This document shows positions 10,222 to 20,157 of a stretch of 64,000 bases of DNA, piece by piece. The DNA lies in contig CAZBQI010000005.1 of assembly GCA_964494105.1 (NCBI GenBank), positions 10,646 through 74,645 of the forward strand, given 5' to 3'. The position numbers and the translations under genes are program-made. This stretch comes from an uncultured Candidatus Saccharibacteria bacterium (GTDB lineage Bacteria > Patescibacteriota > Saccharimonadia > CAZBQI01). The first letter of the stretch is position 1. Every line of letters begins with the position of its first letter. The notes under the pieces were generated by a model. The model saw only the letters and a list, made by a program, of their open reading frames with translations. It made no database searches and had not been told where the DNA came from.

Positions 10222-11817
10222 ATGAATACACCTGCGCGTGAGTCGATATCGCCACTTCTAGATCGTTTACTACGAGACTTAAGTAGCTTGCAGCCACCCA
10301 AGAGCCCTATTGATGAAAACCTTCAGATTAATCCAACAGGAGCTAACGTCTATTTTTACTACGAAAAATTTCGCACCGCATTCGAGTATCGTGAACAGCA
10401 CCTATTTCTACGTAGCGCAATTGCTAGATTCTTAAATCGAAAGCTTCGCTTTTCTAAGCAAAGAGACAATCTCGGCGGAGATTTGCTGGCAGAATTAATA
10501 AAAACTCGTTATATAAAAAACGACACAGTACCAATAAGTTCAATCCATCACATTAATTATCTAATAACTCAATACTTACGTCTCTATAATAAATCACTTG
10601 AAATCGCAAAAGACGGCGAAGAAGAAGACGCGTTATCAGACTACACAATCGAGATAATGTCTTATGACATAGAGCGCATGATTATGCCACATCCTAAAGA
10701 GGAATTATTCGTTAACTTCACCTATGCCGATATGTACTCACGTATCGGAAAGAGTAAATTGCCGGAATATGATGACGAGACATACCACACGGCCTTATAC
10801 GCAAATATTCAACGTCAATTATTAAAGTCAGATATGCCAATTATGCGTTATCATTTGTTTTACCAAAAATACCCAAACTGGAACAAAAATGAAGAAAACC
10901 TACAGAAAGCAGCCAGTAGTTTCTACTTGTTTAACTTATCTATAGAAAAACACTTAACCTCAAAGCTCTCAGCGAAAGTATCGAAAATTGTACGCAAACA
11001 CATGCCACCATTCCGGGTGCTACTAGAAGTAATAATCGATCACGAAAACCCAAAGGAACTACTCCAAGATAGAGATAAGCTCCATGAGCGCATAGAACTA
11101 ATATGCCGCAAACAGTATGCCGCTAGCCATCGCGCACTAAAGAGTAGCATCATCCGTAGTGCCATTTTCATTTTTTTGACTAAAGCTACCCTGGCATTGC
11201 TGATAGAGCTACCCTACGACCGAATTGTCGAGGGCCAAATACACTTAGTGCCTTTAGCAATAAACCTAACTTTTCCAGTCATTTACATGTTACTTCTAGG
11301 TCTAACTATTAAAGTGCCGGGCAAAGACAACACCAAGCGAATGAAGAGCGAAATCGACCGACTTATTCGTGACGAGAGCTTAACCACTAAATACAAAATT
11401 AAGGGTCAACCGGCCAAGACCACTCTAAACACAGCGTTTCGTTATGTTTACCTATTTAGTTTCGTTTTATCGGCCGTTGGCCTTATATCTTTGTTGCGCT
11501 ACATTAACTTCAATGTTGTAGCTGGTCTTTTCTTTTTCGTGTTCTTGAGCACTGTAAGCTTTTTTGGGCTACGCATTTCTCAGTCTGCCAAGGAGCTATT
11601 GGTAATTGACGAAAAACAGGGATTAATTGGTGCAATTATCGACTTTTTATACACCCCATTTATACGAATAGGGCAGTGGCTAAGCGATAAATACAGTCGA
11701 ATTAACCTATTCAATTACGCACTCGATGTTTTCTTGGAACTACCACTTAAAAGCGTCCTACGCGTGTTTGAACAATGGGTTGGATTTATCCGATCAAAAA
11801 GAGACGATTTGCTCTAG
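10222..11817 (+). CDS. Conserved hypothetical membrane protein
   Basis: 531-aa ORF; soluble N-terminal region (YEKFR..EYREQHL..R.AI.R) and 4 C-terminal TM segments. Confidence 0.75.
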   Translation: MNTPARESISPLLDRLLRDLSSLQPPKSPIDENLQINPTGANVYFYYEKFRTAFEYREQHLFLRSAIARFLNRKLRFSKQRDNLGGDLLAELIKTRYIKNDTVPISSIHHINYLITQYLRLYNKSLEIAKDGEEEDALSDYTIEIMSYDIERMIMPHPKEELFVNFTYADMYSRIGKSKLPEYDDETYHTALYANIQRQLLKSDMPIMRYHLFYQKYPNWNKNEENLQKAASSFYLFNLSIEKHLTSKLSAKVSKIVRKHMPPFRVLLEVIIDHENPKELLQDRDKLHERIELICRKQYAASHRALKSSIIRSAIFIFLTKATLALLIELPYDRIVEGQIHLVPLAINLTFPVIYMLLLGLTIKVPGKDNTKRMKSEIDRLIRDESLTTKYKIKGQPAKTTLNTAFRYVYLFSFVLSAVGLISLLRYINFNVVAGLFFFVFLSTVSFFGLRISQSAKELLVIDEKQGLIGAIIDFLYTPFIRIGQWLSDKYSRINLFNYALDVFLELPLKSVLRVFEQWVGFIRSKRDDLL

Positions 11818-11827
11818 TTAAGACAAG

Positions 11828-12217
11828 TTACTTTATTTCAACAAGTTCAATGTCGAAAACCAAGTCGGAGTTAGGTGGAATATTGGGACTTGGTGAACGC
11901 TCACCATATGCCTGAGCAGCAGGTATTACTAGTCGGCGAATACCCCCAACCTTCATGCCAGGCACTCCGAGCGTCCAGCCTGGAATTACTTGATTTAGGC
12001 CAAAAGTAACTGGCCCGCCATTGTCATGTGAACTTTGAAAGATTGTTCCATCTGTAGCAAGCGCACCGGTGTAGTGCGCGCTAATAGTGGCATTCGGCTG
12101 CACCGTATCACCAGTACCATCTTGGACGTCTTCAATACCAAGACCATCAACTGGTTGGCCTGCCTTAAAGTTCGCTAGCTTGGTGCCTTCTAGTGGGGTT
12201 TTATTATCTGTGCTCAT
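11828..12217 (-). CDS. FKBP-type peptidyl-prolyl cis-trans isomerase
   Basis: HYTG, VIPGW..G..GMKVGG.RRLVIP..AYG, IPPNSDLVFDIEL; start moved to ATG 12217, 7 nt after TACAAT. Confidence 0.93.
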   Translation of the reverse strand: MSTDNKTPLEGTKLANFKAGQPVDGLGIEDVQDGTGDTVQPNATISAHYTGALATDGTIFQSSHDNGGPVTFGLNQVIPGWTLGVPGMKVGGIRRLVIPAAQAYGERSPSPNIPPNSDLVFDIELVEIK

Positions 12218-12297
12218 TACCATCATTGTACCTAGCAGAATTGAAATTAGATATAAGTGACCGACAATATACAGTGTAAATTTGGTACAATTTTGGT

Positions 12298-12717
12298 ATG
12301 AGCGAACTAAAAACAAGAGTCAGCGATGCCAGCGTGGAAGATTTTATTAAAGCCGTTCCAGACGAGGCAAAGCGAACGGACAGCATAAAACTACTTGAAC
12401 TATTCAAGAAAGTAACCGGCGAGGAACCCAAGATGTGGGGCACAAGCATTATTGGCTTTGGCAAATACCATTACAAGTCAGAGAGAAGCCGACAGGAGGG
12501 TGATTGGCCACTTACTGGGTTTTCGCCACGAAAGCAGAACTTATCGCTTTACATTATGCCCGGTTTCGACGACTACCAAGACCTGCTGAAAGACCTTGGT
12601 AAACATAAAACAAGCGTTGGGTGCTTGTATGTAAACAAGCTGGCTGATGTTGACTTAATAATACTAGAGAAGCTAGTCAAGAAATCTTATCTTGATATGA
12701 AAGAAAAGTACAAATAA
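12298..12717 (+). CDS. DUF1801 (YdhG-like) protein
   Basis: PKMWGTSIIGFGKYHY, GFSPRK, LGKHKTSVGCLY. Confidence 0.88.
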   Translation: MSELKTRVSDASVEDFIKAVPDEAKRTDSIKLLELFKKVTGEEPKMWGTSIIGFGKYHYKSERSRQEGDWPLTGFSPRKQNLSLYIMPGFDDYQDLLKDLGKHKTSVGCLYVNKLADVDLIILEKLVKKSYLDMKEKYK

Positions 12718-12862
12718 TCGTAGCCGTAATAGCTAGCATTTGTTTTTTACTGACTACAACTCGCAAGTTTTGCGCATTGTCATGAGAACATAATTATGAA
12801 TTTTTAAGAAGTAGTCATTTTACTATTTGACTCGCAGTTGAAATTATGTTACAATTATCTTC

Positions 12863-13588
12863 ATGGTTTATGCAAGTCACCGCGCAATGGTTGCTTCATG
12901 CCCTGAGTTATACGAAGGCTTAGAAGCGCCTCCCACCGCAATGAATGAGCTTGTGGTTACTGATGGATTCGTAAAAAAAGTAGGTTTACCTAGCAACGGA
13001 AACTTCGCAAATGAACTTGCAGTTAACGCTGAGATTCAGCCTGTATCAGCATACTCAGACATTATACCAACAATTTATGAGGTAACCTCAGAGACCATTA
13101 CAATGGAGCAAATTGAGGGCGAAACACTTCGTATAGTCTATGATCCCTATGGCACTGTTGTTTCCGAGCACGACCAAAATCTAGCCGTACAACTAAAAAC
13201 GCTTACAGAGCGTTTGACCGCAATCATGGGTGCGAATATTACTTTTATTCACGGAGACTATTCGCCCAACAATATACTGAGGACAGCAACAGGTTTGGTA
13301 GTCATAGATTTTGAAAAATCAACTTTTAGTGAAGGATCTAATCCCTACGTAAACATAGCGCAGTTGCTAACACGGCTATGGTATAACCGGCCATTAATGT
13401 GGCGTCTATTTGAATTACAGCAAGTGGATTCAGATAAAGAAATGCTACGTGATGCGCTTAGACATCATGTAAGTAAAAAATTGTTAAGAGGTGTGTTGCA
13501 TTATGCCAAAGTAAATGGAGATAACCCAGAATTGCTTGTTCAAATTGAGCAGGACATGCAACAGAACCTCGCCACATTAATCGAATAA
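12863..13588 (+). CDS. Protein-kinase-like / aminoglycoside phosphotransferase-family protein
   Basis: HGDYSPNNIL and VIDFE motifs; own promoter TTGACT-17-TACAAT. Confidence 0.75.
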   Translation: MVYASHRAMVASCPELYEGLEAPPTAMNELVVTDGFVKKVGLPSNGNFANELAVNAEIQPVSAYSDIIPTIYEVTSETITMEQIEGETLRIVYDPYGTVVSEHDQNLAVQLKTLTERLTAIMGANITFIHGDYSPNNILRTATGLVVIDFEKSTFSEGSNPYVNIAQLLTRLWYNRPLMWRLFELQQVDSDKEMLRDALRHHVSKKLLRGVLHYAKVNGDNPELLVQIEQDMQQNLATLIE

Positions 13589-13667
13589 ACAAATCTTACA
13601 AAGCTTTATTCGGAGAAATGTATACTACCTATACTGAGCTAGTGTGCAATATTGTCAGACACACTTG

Positions 13668-13967
13668 CTACTTTAGTGGTCTCTTTTTCTTTTCGTATTC
13701 AACAACAACGTAAGAACCCAGTGCAGCCCCGAACGCTACTGGAAGTATGTAAAAGTAATTTGAGACGATAGCAACAACCTATACGGCAAGTGTAGTGTAG
13801 AGAATAAAAGTAACTAATGCAGATCTTAATGACTTATGCTGAGTAAGAGAAAAAGTCAAAGATGTGTCTAGCATTTCAACTAAAAAATAGAAGACGAATA
13901 AACCTAGCGCAAACAGAATACTGAAACTATCTAGCGCTTCGCTCGGTGAGAGAAGTTTGATGTCCAT
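13668..13967 (-). pseudogene. Small 3-TM membrane protein interrupted by an in-frame TAG at 13779-13781
   Basis: Frame continues after TAG as VVAIVSNYFYILPVAFGAALGSYVVVEYEKKKRPLK to a stop at 13668. Confidence 0.65.
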
Positions 13968-14049
13968 AAATTCATTATATCAAGGCAACTAACACAGATA
14001 CCGCAGCGTCATTATTCTTATACTGGCTGGTGGGAAAAATTAGCAACTA

Positions 14050-14123
14050 TGGCTTCGGGACTAGGATTCGAACCTAGATTGCTGGGACCAAAACCCAGTG
14101 TCCTACCATTAGACGATCCCGAA
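14050..14123 (-). tRNA. tRNA-Gln(TTG)
   Basis: Cloverleaf; anticodon arm CTGGG-TTTTGGT-CCCAG; GTTCGAATC; encoded CCA. Confidence 0.96.
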
Positions 14124-14239
14124 ATATTTTGTGTCGCCAACTATCTATTGTGCCAGACTATCAGAAAACTCTCTACCTTTAATTGAATATCCGGTTGGTT
14201 ATTTATACTTGTGTAAGCGAGCGTTATAATAGTGTGTAA

Positions 14240-14812
14240 ATGGAACACGAACAAAGTACCGAACAAATAGAAAAACAAGGTAGTTTTGGGGAGCCGACCA
14301 TTCCAAAACCAGTGGAAACACCACCTGAGCCACCAAAGCGCCGCAAACCTAAGCCACTGCGCATAGTTATTACAACCATTGCCCTCGGTGTCTCGTTTGG
14401 AGTTTTTGGTATTGTTATCTACTATCAGTTTTACAACCAAAGAAACCCGGCTAGCTACACGCCTCCTCCGGCTGTTTCACAAATTAGTGAATATCCGGAC
14501 ACCTATAAGCAGGCGAAGTTACCAGAATACCCAAATGCCGAGATTACCAGTTCTGGTCAAAAAACCGCCACACTTAATGACGGCATAAATGTTATTGTGC
14601 GAACTTACGATGACATTCCCACTGTCGCCAGCTTTTACGATAAGGCGCTTGTGGCTAATGACTGGAAACCCGACGATTCTATAACCAGCGATACGGCTGG
14701 AAAGGTTTACTACAAAACTTATATTAAAGGAGATGCTAAGTATACAATTACCGCTACCAGCTCAAATCAAGTCAGTGGCACCGATATTAGCATTAGCTAT
14801 GTAAAAAGGTAG
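14240..14812 (+). CDS. Membrane-anchored hypothetical surface protein
   Basis: Pro-rich N-terminus, basic patch, single TM, LPEYPNA-type extracellular domain. Confidence 0.75.
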   Translation: MEHEQSTEQIEKQGSFGEPTIPKPVETPPEPPKRRKPKPLRIVITTIALGVSFGVFGIVIYYQFYNQRNPASYTPPPAVSQISEYPDTYKQAKLPEYPNAEITSSGQKTATLNDGINVIVRTYDDIPTVASFYDKALVANDWKPDDSITSDTAGKVYYKTYIKGDAKYTITATSSNQVSGTDISISYVKR

Positions 14813-14847
14813 TTGTTATACTGGATAAACACTTTAAAAATTCCAAA

Positions 14848-14945
14848 GTATCTAGAGTGCAGCGAGGGATCTAGCCTTACGACCTGCCGGCAACCAGCGA
14901 ACATGCGGGTGCCAATTCTAGCCCGTAACCAAACGGAAAAGATGC
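14848..14945 (+). promoter_or_regulatory. SAM-I (S-box) riboswitch
   Basis: P1 GTATCT/AGATGC; ATCTAGAG..GAGGGA, GGCAACC and GGTGCCAATTC consensus blocks; upstream of metK. Confidence 0.92.
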
Positions 14946-14965
14946 GCAATAAAGATAAAAAGCCG

Positions 14966-14998
14966 TCCTTTCCGTTAAGTAATAGAAAGGATTTTTTT
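14966..14998 (+). terminator. Riboswitch expression platform (terminator and RBS-sequestering hairpin)
   Basis: TCCTTTC..GAAAGGA followed by T7, immediately before the metK ATG. Confidence 0.75.
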
Positions 14999-16102
14999 AT
15001 GCCAACTACAGTTTTTACCAGTGAGTCTGTCTGCGCTGGCCACCCAGATAAACTGTGCGATCAAATTAGCGATGCAATCTTGGACGCTGCAATTGCGCAA
15101 GACTCTTTTGCTCACGTAGCAGTCGAGACACTGGCCGCAAAAGACAGGCTAGTGCTGGCAGGGGAAATCACAACAACCGCCAAGCTAAACATTGAGGCTA
15201 TTGCACGTGAGGAAATTAAACGAATTGGCTACACTGAACCTAAATGGGGCTTTTCACATCATTCACCAATTTCTAACTATCTCCATCAGCAATCACCAGA
15301 AATCGCAGTTGGCGTTAAACTCGATGGAGCAGGTGACCAAGGAATGATGTTTGGTTTTGCTTGCAACGAAACATCCGAGCTAATGCCTGTTCCAATAATG
15401 TTGTCACATGCCTTAACTAAGCGCCTAGATGAAGTGAAAACTAATGAGCTCATGTATTTAAGACCAGATGGTAAAGCCCAAGTTAGCGTAGAGTACACTA
15501 ACGGCAAGCCAACCAGCGTCAAGCAGGCTGTTATTGCCGTACCGCACAGCAAACGAGTCGACCTAAATCAAGTAAAACGTGACGTGATGAATTATGTAGT
15601 TAAGCCGGTTTTGGATAAGTACAAATTTAAAATTAGCCCTAAAGACTTGATAGTAAACGGCACAGGTGTATGGCACATGCCGGGGCCTGCTAGTGACGCC
15701 GGACTAACCGGACGTAAAATTGCCGTTGATAGTTATGGTAGCTACGCCAGCCTTGGCGGAGGAGCATTTAGCGGCAAAGATCCAACTAAGGTTGACCGCT
15801 CCGGTGCATACGGCGCACGCTATGTAGCGAAAAACATAGTAGCTTCCGGACTAGCCAAAAAATGCGAGGTACGAGTGGCATACTACATAGGCGCCCACAA
15901 GCCAACTATGTGTGAAGTAGAAACTTTTGGCACAGAAACAAAAAGTCATCTGGCAATTCATAAATATATTAATAACTTACTCGATTTATCAGTACGTGGG
16001 ATAATCGAAACTCTAGATTTGCGTCGGCCCCTATACAAACGAACTGCTGCTTATGGTCATTTTGGTCGTAACGAATTCCCTTGGGAGCAAATAGCAAGTT
16101 AG
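14999..16102 (+). CDS. metK: S-adenosylmethionine synthetase
   Basis: FTSESV..GHPDK, GAGDQG, RPDGK, GLTGRK, GGGAFSGKD; start corrected to 14999. Confidence 0.98.
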   Translation: MPTTVFTSESVCAGHPDKLCDQISDAILDAAIAQDSFAHVAVETLAAKDRLVLAGEITTTAKLNIEAIAREEIKRIGYTEPKWGFSHHSPISNYLHQQSPEIAVGVKLDGAGDQGMMFGFACNETSELMPVPIMLSHALTKRLDEVKTNELMYLRPDGKAQVSVEYTNGKPTSVKQAVIAVPHSKRVDLNQVKRDVMNYVVKPVLDKYKFKISPKDLIVNGTGVWHMPGPASDAGLTGRKIAVDSYGSYASLGGGAFSGKDPTKVDRSGAYGARYVAKNIVASGLAKKCEVRVAYYIGAHKPTMCEVETFGTETKSHLAIHKYINNLLDLSVRGIIETLDLRRPLYKRTAAYGHFGRNEFPWEQIAS

Positions 16103-17079
16103 TCTGAGTGTTGACTTTCTTTTTCGCGCCGACGTTCAGCCAGTTCACTTGAACGCGTCTCTGGCTCTAGCTGAATGTGGTAAGCCCCCGGCACTGCCTG
16201 TTTAATACTAGCTTTTATTTCATCTATTATTTCTTCAATTGAGTCTGTGTTAAGTCCGTCTTTAAAGTGTACATCTAGATTTATTAAGTATTTTTCTGGA
16301 CCAATAATCATTGTCCGTAAATCCGGAATATCTATAACAGCCGAGTGCGAAAGAGCTACTCTCTTAATTTTGGCTCTAATCGCAGGTGGTGCGCTGTGCC
16401 CAGTAATAAGATCTTTGATGCTTATCAAAAGAATGAATGCCAGCACTGCAAGCATGCATCCGATTAGAACGGCACCAATCCCATCAAAGCGTTGAATACC
16501 TGTAACCTGGTAGAGTATTAAGGCAACTAAACCAAGAGCCGCCGACATTGAGCCCATTAGGTCTAATACGTAAGTAATCTTAGTGGCAATATGCTGTGAT
16601 TTGAAGAATGCTTTCCAGATTTGTCTTAGCTTTTTGCCATCTAGAATTTTTACTGCACTCAAACGAAATGCATATAGGTTTGTACTCATCGCAATTATTA
16701 ACACAGCATACGCAATGTATAGGTGATTAATTGGTTCTGGATTTACAATATTCTGCCAACCAAAATAAATTGAAAAACTTGCTGTTATGGAAAAGATAAT
16801 GAAGGCCGAAATAAGTGCCCAAAAATAAAGCTCTTTTCCGTAGCCGAATGGATGATCAAGCGTAGAGTGTTTTTTCGCCCGCTTATGTCCAAGCATGAGC
16901 AAACAGACAGATGTAAAATCGGCAAAACCCTGCATAGCCTCGGCAAGCATAACAGTACTGCCGGTAAACACTGCTACGACAATATTCATTACTACGTCAC
17001 TTATGTCTACCAGGAGGGTAGTTATAAGCGTGCGGCTGGTAGATATTCCTGCAGTATTATCGGTAGTCATTTTGTTCAA
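16099..17079 (-). CDS. Cation diffusion facilitator family transporter
   Basis: TGS..MLAE, HPFGYGKELYFW, 6 TM segments plus C-terminal dimerisation domain. Confidence 0.9.
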   Translation of the reverse strand: MNKMTTDNTAGISTSRTLITTLLVDISDVVMNIVVAVFTGSTVMLAEAMQGFADFTSVCLLMLGHKRAKKHSTLDHPFGYGKELYFWALISAFIIFSITASFSIYFGWQNIVNPEPINHLYIAYAVLIIAMSTNLYAFRLSAVKILDGKKLRQIWKAFFKSQHIATKITYVLDLMGSMSAALGLVALILYQVTGIQRFDGIGAVLIGCMLAVLAFILLISIKDLITGHSAPPAIRAKIKRVALSHSAVIDIPDLRTMIIGPEKYLINLDVHFKDGLNTDSIEEIIDEIKASIKQAVPGAYHIQLEPETRSSELAERRREKESQHSD

Positions 17080-17109
17080 GTTAAGTATAGCAATACCATT
17101 ATGGCTTTG

Positions 17110-18528
17110 CTAAGTATTCCGATAGCGAACTACCAGATCTTTGGCATCATTAATCGATTTTACCAGCCCTTTATCGTAAGCATTATTAAGCAAAGTTAGA
17201 ATCCCACCGAGCTCTTTGCCATCAACATAACCAAACTCGTGCTTAAGCCAGGTCCCGTCAACCCCAAATTCTTTTTTTAAAGTTGGTTGTGGGTTCGAAC
17301 GTTGTGCTTGGAATTCCTTCCACATTGCTGTAATTTCGCTAAATTCGGGGATAGTCTTATGTAATTTGCCCTCTGCGCTGTAAGACCAACTGGCGTGAGC
17401 ATCAGCTTTATGAAGCTCCAGTAAATCGCTAAAGGCATTATTGCTCATCATACTTCGTTGGTGTGCCGGTGTCATCTTAGGTAAATCATCTATGCCTAAA
17501 TGGTATTCAATCATCCAGCAAACCTCTGCGGTAAAGACTTTTGAAAATTTGAGCCGAACAAGCAGATTTTTGGCAATGTTCGCTCCAACCCGAAAATGAT
17601 CGTTGAATCTTATCCTGTCATTACTGGCCTGTGGCAGCTTAAGAGTGGGTGGTTTCCCGATGTCGTGCAAGAGAGTAGCCCACACTAAGCGAAGCGAGGC
17701 GTCAGCTGGCAACGAGTCCAGAGCTAGCACGGTGTGAGTAAACACGTCTCCTTCAGCGTGCATATCTTTTGGTTGTGCAACACCCTTGCCAGCCACAACT
17801 TCTGGTAAGATGTCTTTTAACGCTCCAATTTGATCCAGCATATCTATTAACTTGCGCTTTTTGGGAAGTAGAAGCATTAGATTAAGCTCCTGACGCAGTC
17901 GGTCAGTTGCAATTTGCGCTAAAACACCATTTTTTATGGCACTTTTTATGGCTTCGCCTGTAGTTGCAGTAAAATTAAAATTAAGCTGATGCACAAATCT
18001 TATTCCACGCATTACGCGAAGTGGGTCCTCCTGTATTCGTGTCGTTGGGTCACCGATAAAGCGAACTAATTTCTTGTCTAGGTCTTTTAGTCCTTCGACT
18101 TCGTCCAGTAAGTAGCTATTTTGGGGGTCTAACGCCAGTGCATTGATTGTAAAATCTCGGCGTTTCAAATCATCTTCGATATGAGCGAACTCTACTTTCG
18201 TCAGACTTCTCCCCAGGTGCGCTTCAATATCTCTTCTATAGGTAGTAATCTCGAGCTTTATTCTGCTTCCACCCCGAACTCTTATTTTTACTAATGTGAC
18301 ACCAAAAGCCTGCGCAGGATGAACCGGCTTGACGTCTTCAAACTCTTGAACTTTTGCTATTTCTTCCGGTGTAGCATTGGTTACAAGATCGAAATCTTTC
18401 GGATCTAGTCCAAGTAGAATATCTCTGACTGCGCCACCGATTATATAGCTTTCAAAGCCAGCCGTACTTAAAGCCTTGGCAGCTAAACTAGCTGCTTCTA
18501 GCTCTGATGAATCTGATGATGCTACCAT
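17110..18528 (-). CDS. cca: CCA tRNA nucleotidyltransferase with HD domain
   Basis: GGAVRD, DFD, RRDFTINA, EDPLR, LLHDIGKP. Confidence 0.9.
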   Translation of the reverse strand: MVASSDSSELEAASLAAKALSTAGFESYIIGGAVRDILLGLDPKDFDLVTNATPEEIAKVQEFEDVKPVHPAQAFGVTLVKIRVRGGSRIKLEITTYRRDIEAHLGRSLTKVEFAHIEDDLKRRDFTINALALDPQNSYLLDEVEGLKDLDKKLVRFIGDPTTRIQEDPLRVMRGIRFVHQLNFNFTATTGEAIKSAIKNGVLAQIATDRLRQELNLMLLLPKKRKLIDMLDQIGALKDILPEVVAGKGVAQPKDMHAEGDVFTHTVLALDSLPADASLRLVWATLLHDIGKPPTLKLPQASNDRIRFNDHFRVGANIAKNLLVRLKFSKVFTAEVCWMIEYHLGIDDLPKMTPAHQRSMMSNNAFSDLLELHKADAHASWSYSAEGKLHKTIPEFSEITAMWKEFQAQRSNPQPTLKKEFGVDGTWLKHEFGYVDGKELGGILTLLNNAYDKGLVKSINDAKDLVVRYRNT

Positions 18529-18564
18529 AAGGATTATTGTAACTTATCTGTCATAATTGGTTTA

Positions 18565-19242
18565 ATGAAAATAATTCATTCAAGCAACTGCGCAAAGGCA
18601 GAAGAAGCAATTATATCTAGAGTTCTTACGAGTCTGACTAACGCCATACAGAGGTGCGATGAGATCTTATGGCTACTTTCGGGCGGGTCGGCCATAAACA
18701 TAGAAGCCAAAGTTGCCTCGCTGCTATCCTTGAGTCAAAAAAAGCATATATCACTTGGTCAGATTGACGAAAGGTTTGTGCCTATTGGGTCGACTGAGCA
18801 CAATTGGCAACAGTTAATTAAGTCCGGGCTAAAGCCCGAGGACTTTTCGGCTGCTTGGCCGATATTACAGCCAGCTATGTCAATTGAAGAATGTGCCAGA
18901 AATTACCAAAAGATACTTGCGCAAGCATTTACTGAATGCAACTTCGCCTTAGGCATATATGGCATTGGGGCAGATGGACATACCGCAGGCATAAAACCGA
19001 CAAACACCCAGTCCGACTTTAAACGATACACCGGAACCAGTTTAGTAACAGCCTATTCAGGAGCAGACTTCCAGCGCATCACAACCACCGCTTCCGTCAT
19101 TAAGAAACTTGATGAGATTGATATTTATTGTTGCGGCGCCAACAAGACAGAAACGATAGAAGCACTTAAGACCGCAATTGCAAACCATAAAATGCCAGCG
19201 CAATTATTAAAAAAGGGTAAAAACGTAGTAATCTTTACATAA
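18565..19242 (+). CDS. pgl: 6-phosphogluconolactonase
   Basis: LSGGS, DERFVP, GIGADGHTAG, RIT; first gene of a pgl-gnd-zwf operon. Confidence 0.85.
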   Translation: MKIIHSSNCAKAEEAIISRVLTSLTNAIQRCDEILWLLSGGSAINIEAKVASLLSLSQKKHISLGQIDERFVPIGSTEHNWQQLIKSGLKPEDFSAAWPILQPAMSIEECARNYQKILAQAFTECNFALGIYGIGADGHTAGIKPTNTQSDFKRYTGTSLVTAYSGADFQRITTTASVIKKLDEIDIYCCGANKTETIEALKTAIANHKMPAQLLKKGKNVVIFT

Positions 19243-19251
19243 AGGAGAAAC

Positions 19252-20157
19252 ATGCGAGTTGGAGTTATCGGTTTAGGAAAAATGGGCGGGCAGATAGTTC
19301 GTCGGCTTGAAGCCGATGGCCACACTGTCGTTGTCTATGATAAAAATGCCGACCTGGTATCGACGCTCGTAGCTACCGGTAGCACTGAAGCTACTTCGCT
19401 AAAAGAATTGACTCACAAACTCGGTCAAGCACCTGTTGTTTGGCTAATGATTCCGTCACAATACACTGGTAATGTAATCTCTGCTCGTTGCAAAGAACTC
19501 CCGCAGGGTGCAATTATTATTGACGGAGGGAACTCAGACTACCGCGAAACCATTAAACGCGGAAATGAATGCCAAAGCCATGGTATCTCGCTGGTAGATA
19601 TCGGAGTAAGTGGCGGCATACATGGTCTTAAAAACGGCTTTTCGATGATGATAGGTGGTGACAAGACAGCTGTTAGTATCACCATGCCACTAGTTAAATC
19701 GCTCGGCCAGCCCCAAGGTTACGCCCATTTTGGACCAACCGGCAGCGGACACTATGTAAAAATGGTGCATAACGCTATTGAATACGGCATGATGCAAGCG
19801 CTAGCCGAAGGCTATCATCTGCTAAAAAAAGGTGAAGTTAAGGATATAGATTTAGCCAAAGCCGGTAAGGTCTGGGAACACGGCAGTGTAGTACGGTCGT
19901 GGCTAAATGAACTATGTGCAGAGGTCTTTACTGAAAACACTGATCTTGACGGGATAGACGGCGTAGTAGCGGAATCCGGAGAGGCCCGTTGGGCTCTTGA
20001 ATCGGCTAAAGCAAACGGTATTTCTATGCCAGTTATTCAGCAGGCATTCGATGTTCGACTAGCTTCACAGCAGGGGAGAACCAATTTTAGTACAAAAGTC
20101 TTAGCAGCAATGAGAAATAAATTCGGTGGCCATGATATCAACCCAAAAAACAGTTAA
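19252..20157 (+). CDS. gnd: 6-phosphogluconate dehydrogenase, decarboxylating (short form)
   Basis: GLGKMG, IDGGNS, GVSGG, GHYVKMVHNAIEYG, AMRNKFGGH. Confidence 0.95.
   Translation: MRVGVIGLGKMGGQIVRRLEADGHTVVVYDKNADLVSTLVATGSTEATSLKELTHKLGQAPVVWLMIPSQYTGNVISARCKELPQGAIIIDGGNSDYRETIKRGNECQSHGISLVDIGVSGGIHGLKNGFSMMIGGDKTAVSITMPLVKSLGQPQGYAHFGPTGSGHYVKMVHNAIEYGMMQALAEGYHLLKKGEVKDIDLAKAGKVWEHGSVVRSWLNELCAEVFTENTDLDGIDGVVAESGEARWALESAKANGISMPVIQQAFDVRLASQQGRTNFSTKVLAAMRNKFGGHDINPKNS

Noticed and set aside
12218-12316. Extended N-terminus of the FKBP ORF
   Set aside because: It spans the divergent promoter region and overlaps the DUF1801 start; ATG 12217 fits the -10 spacing
13629-13668. Imperfect hairpin AGTGTG..CACACT
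   Set aside because: Short, lies between convergent genes and is adequately explained as a weak terminator-like stem
14813-14998. 62-aa N-terminal extension of MetK in the ORF track
   Set aside because: It runs through the SAM-I riboswitch; MetK similarity begins at ATG 14999
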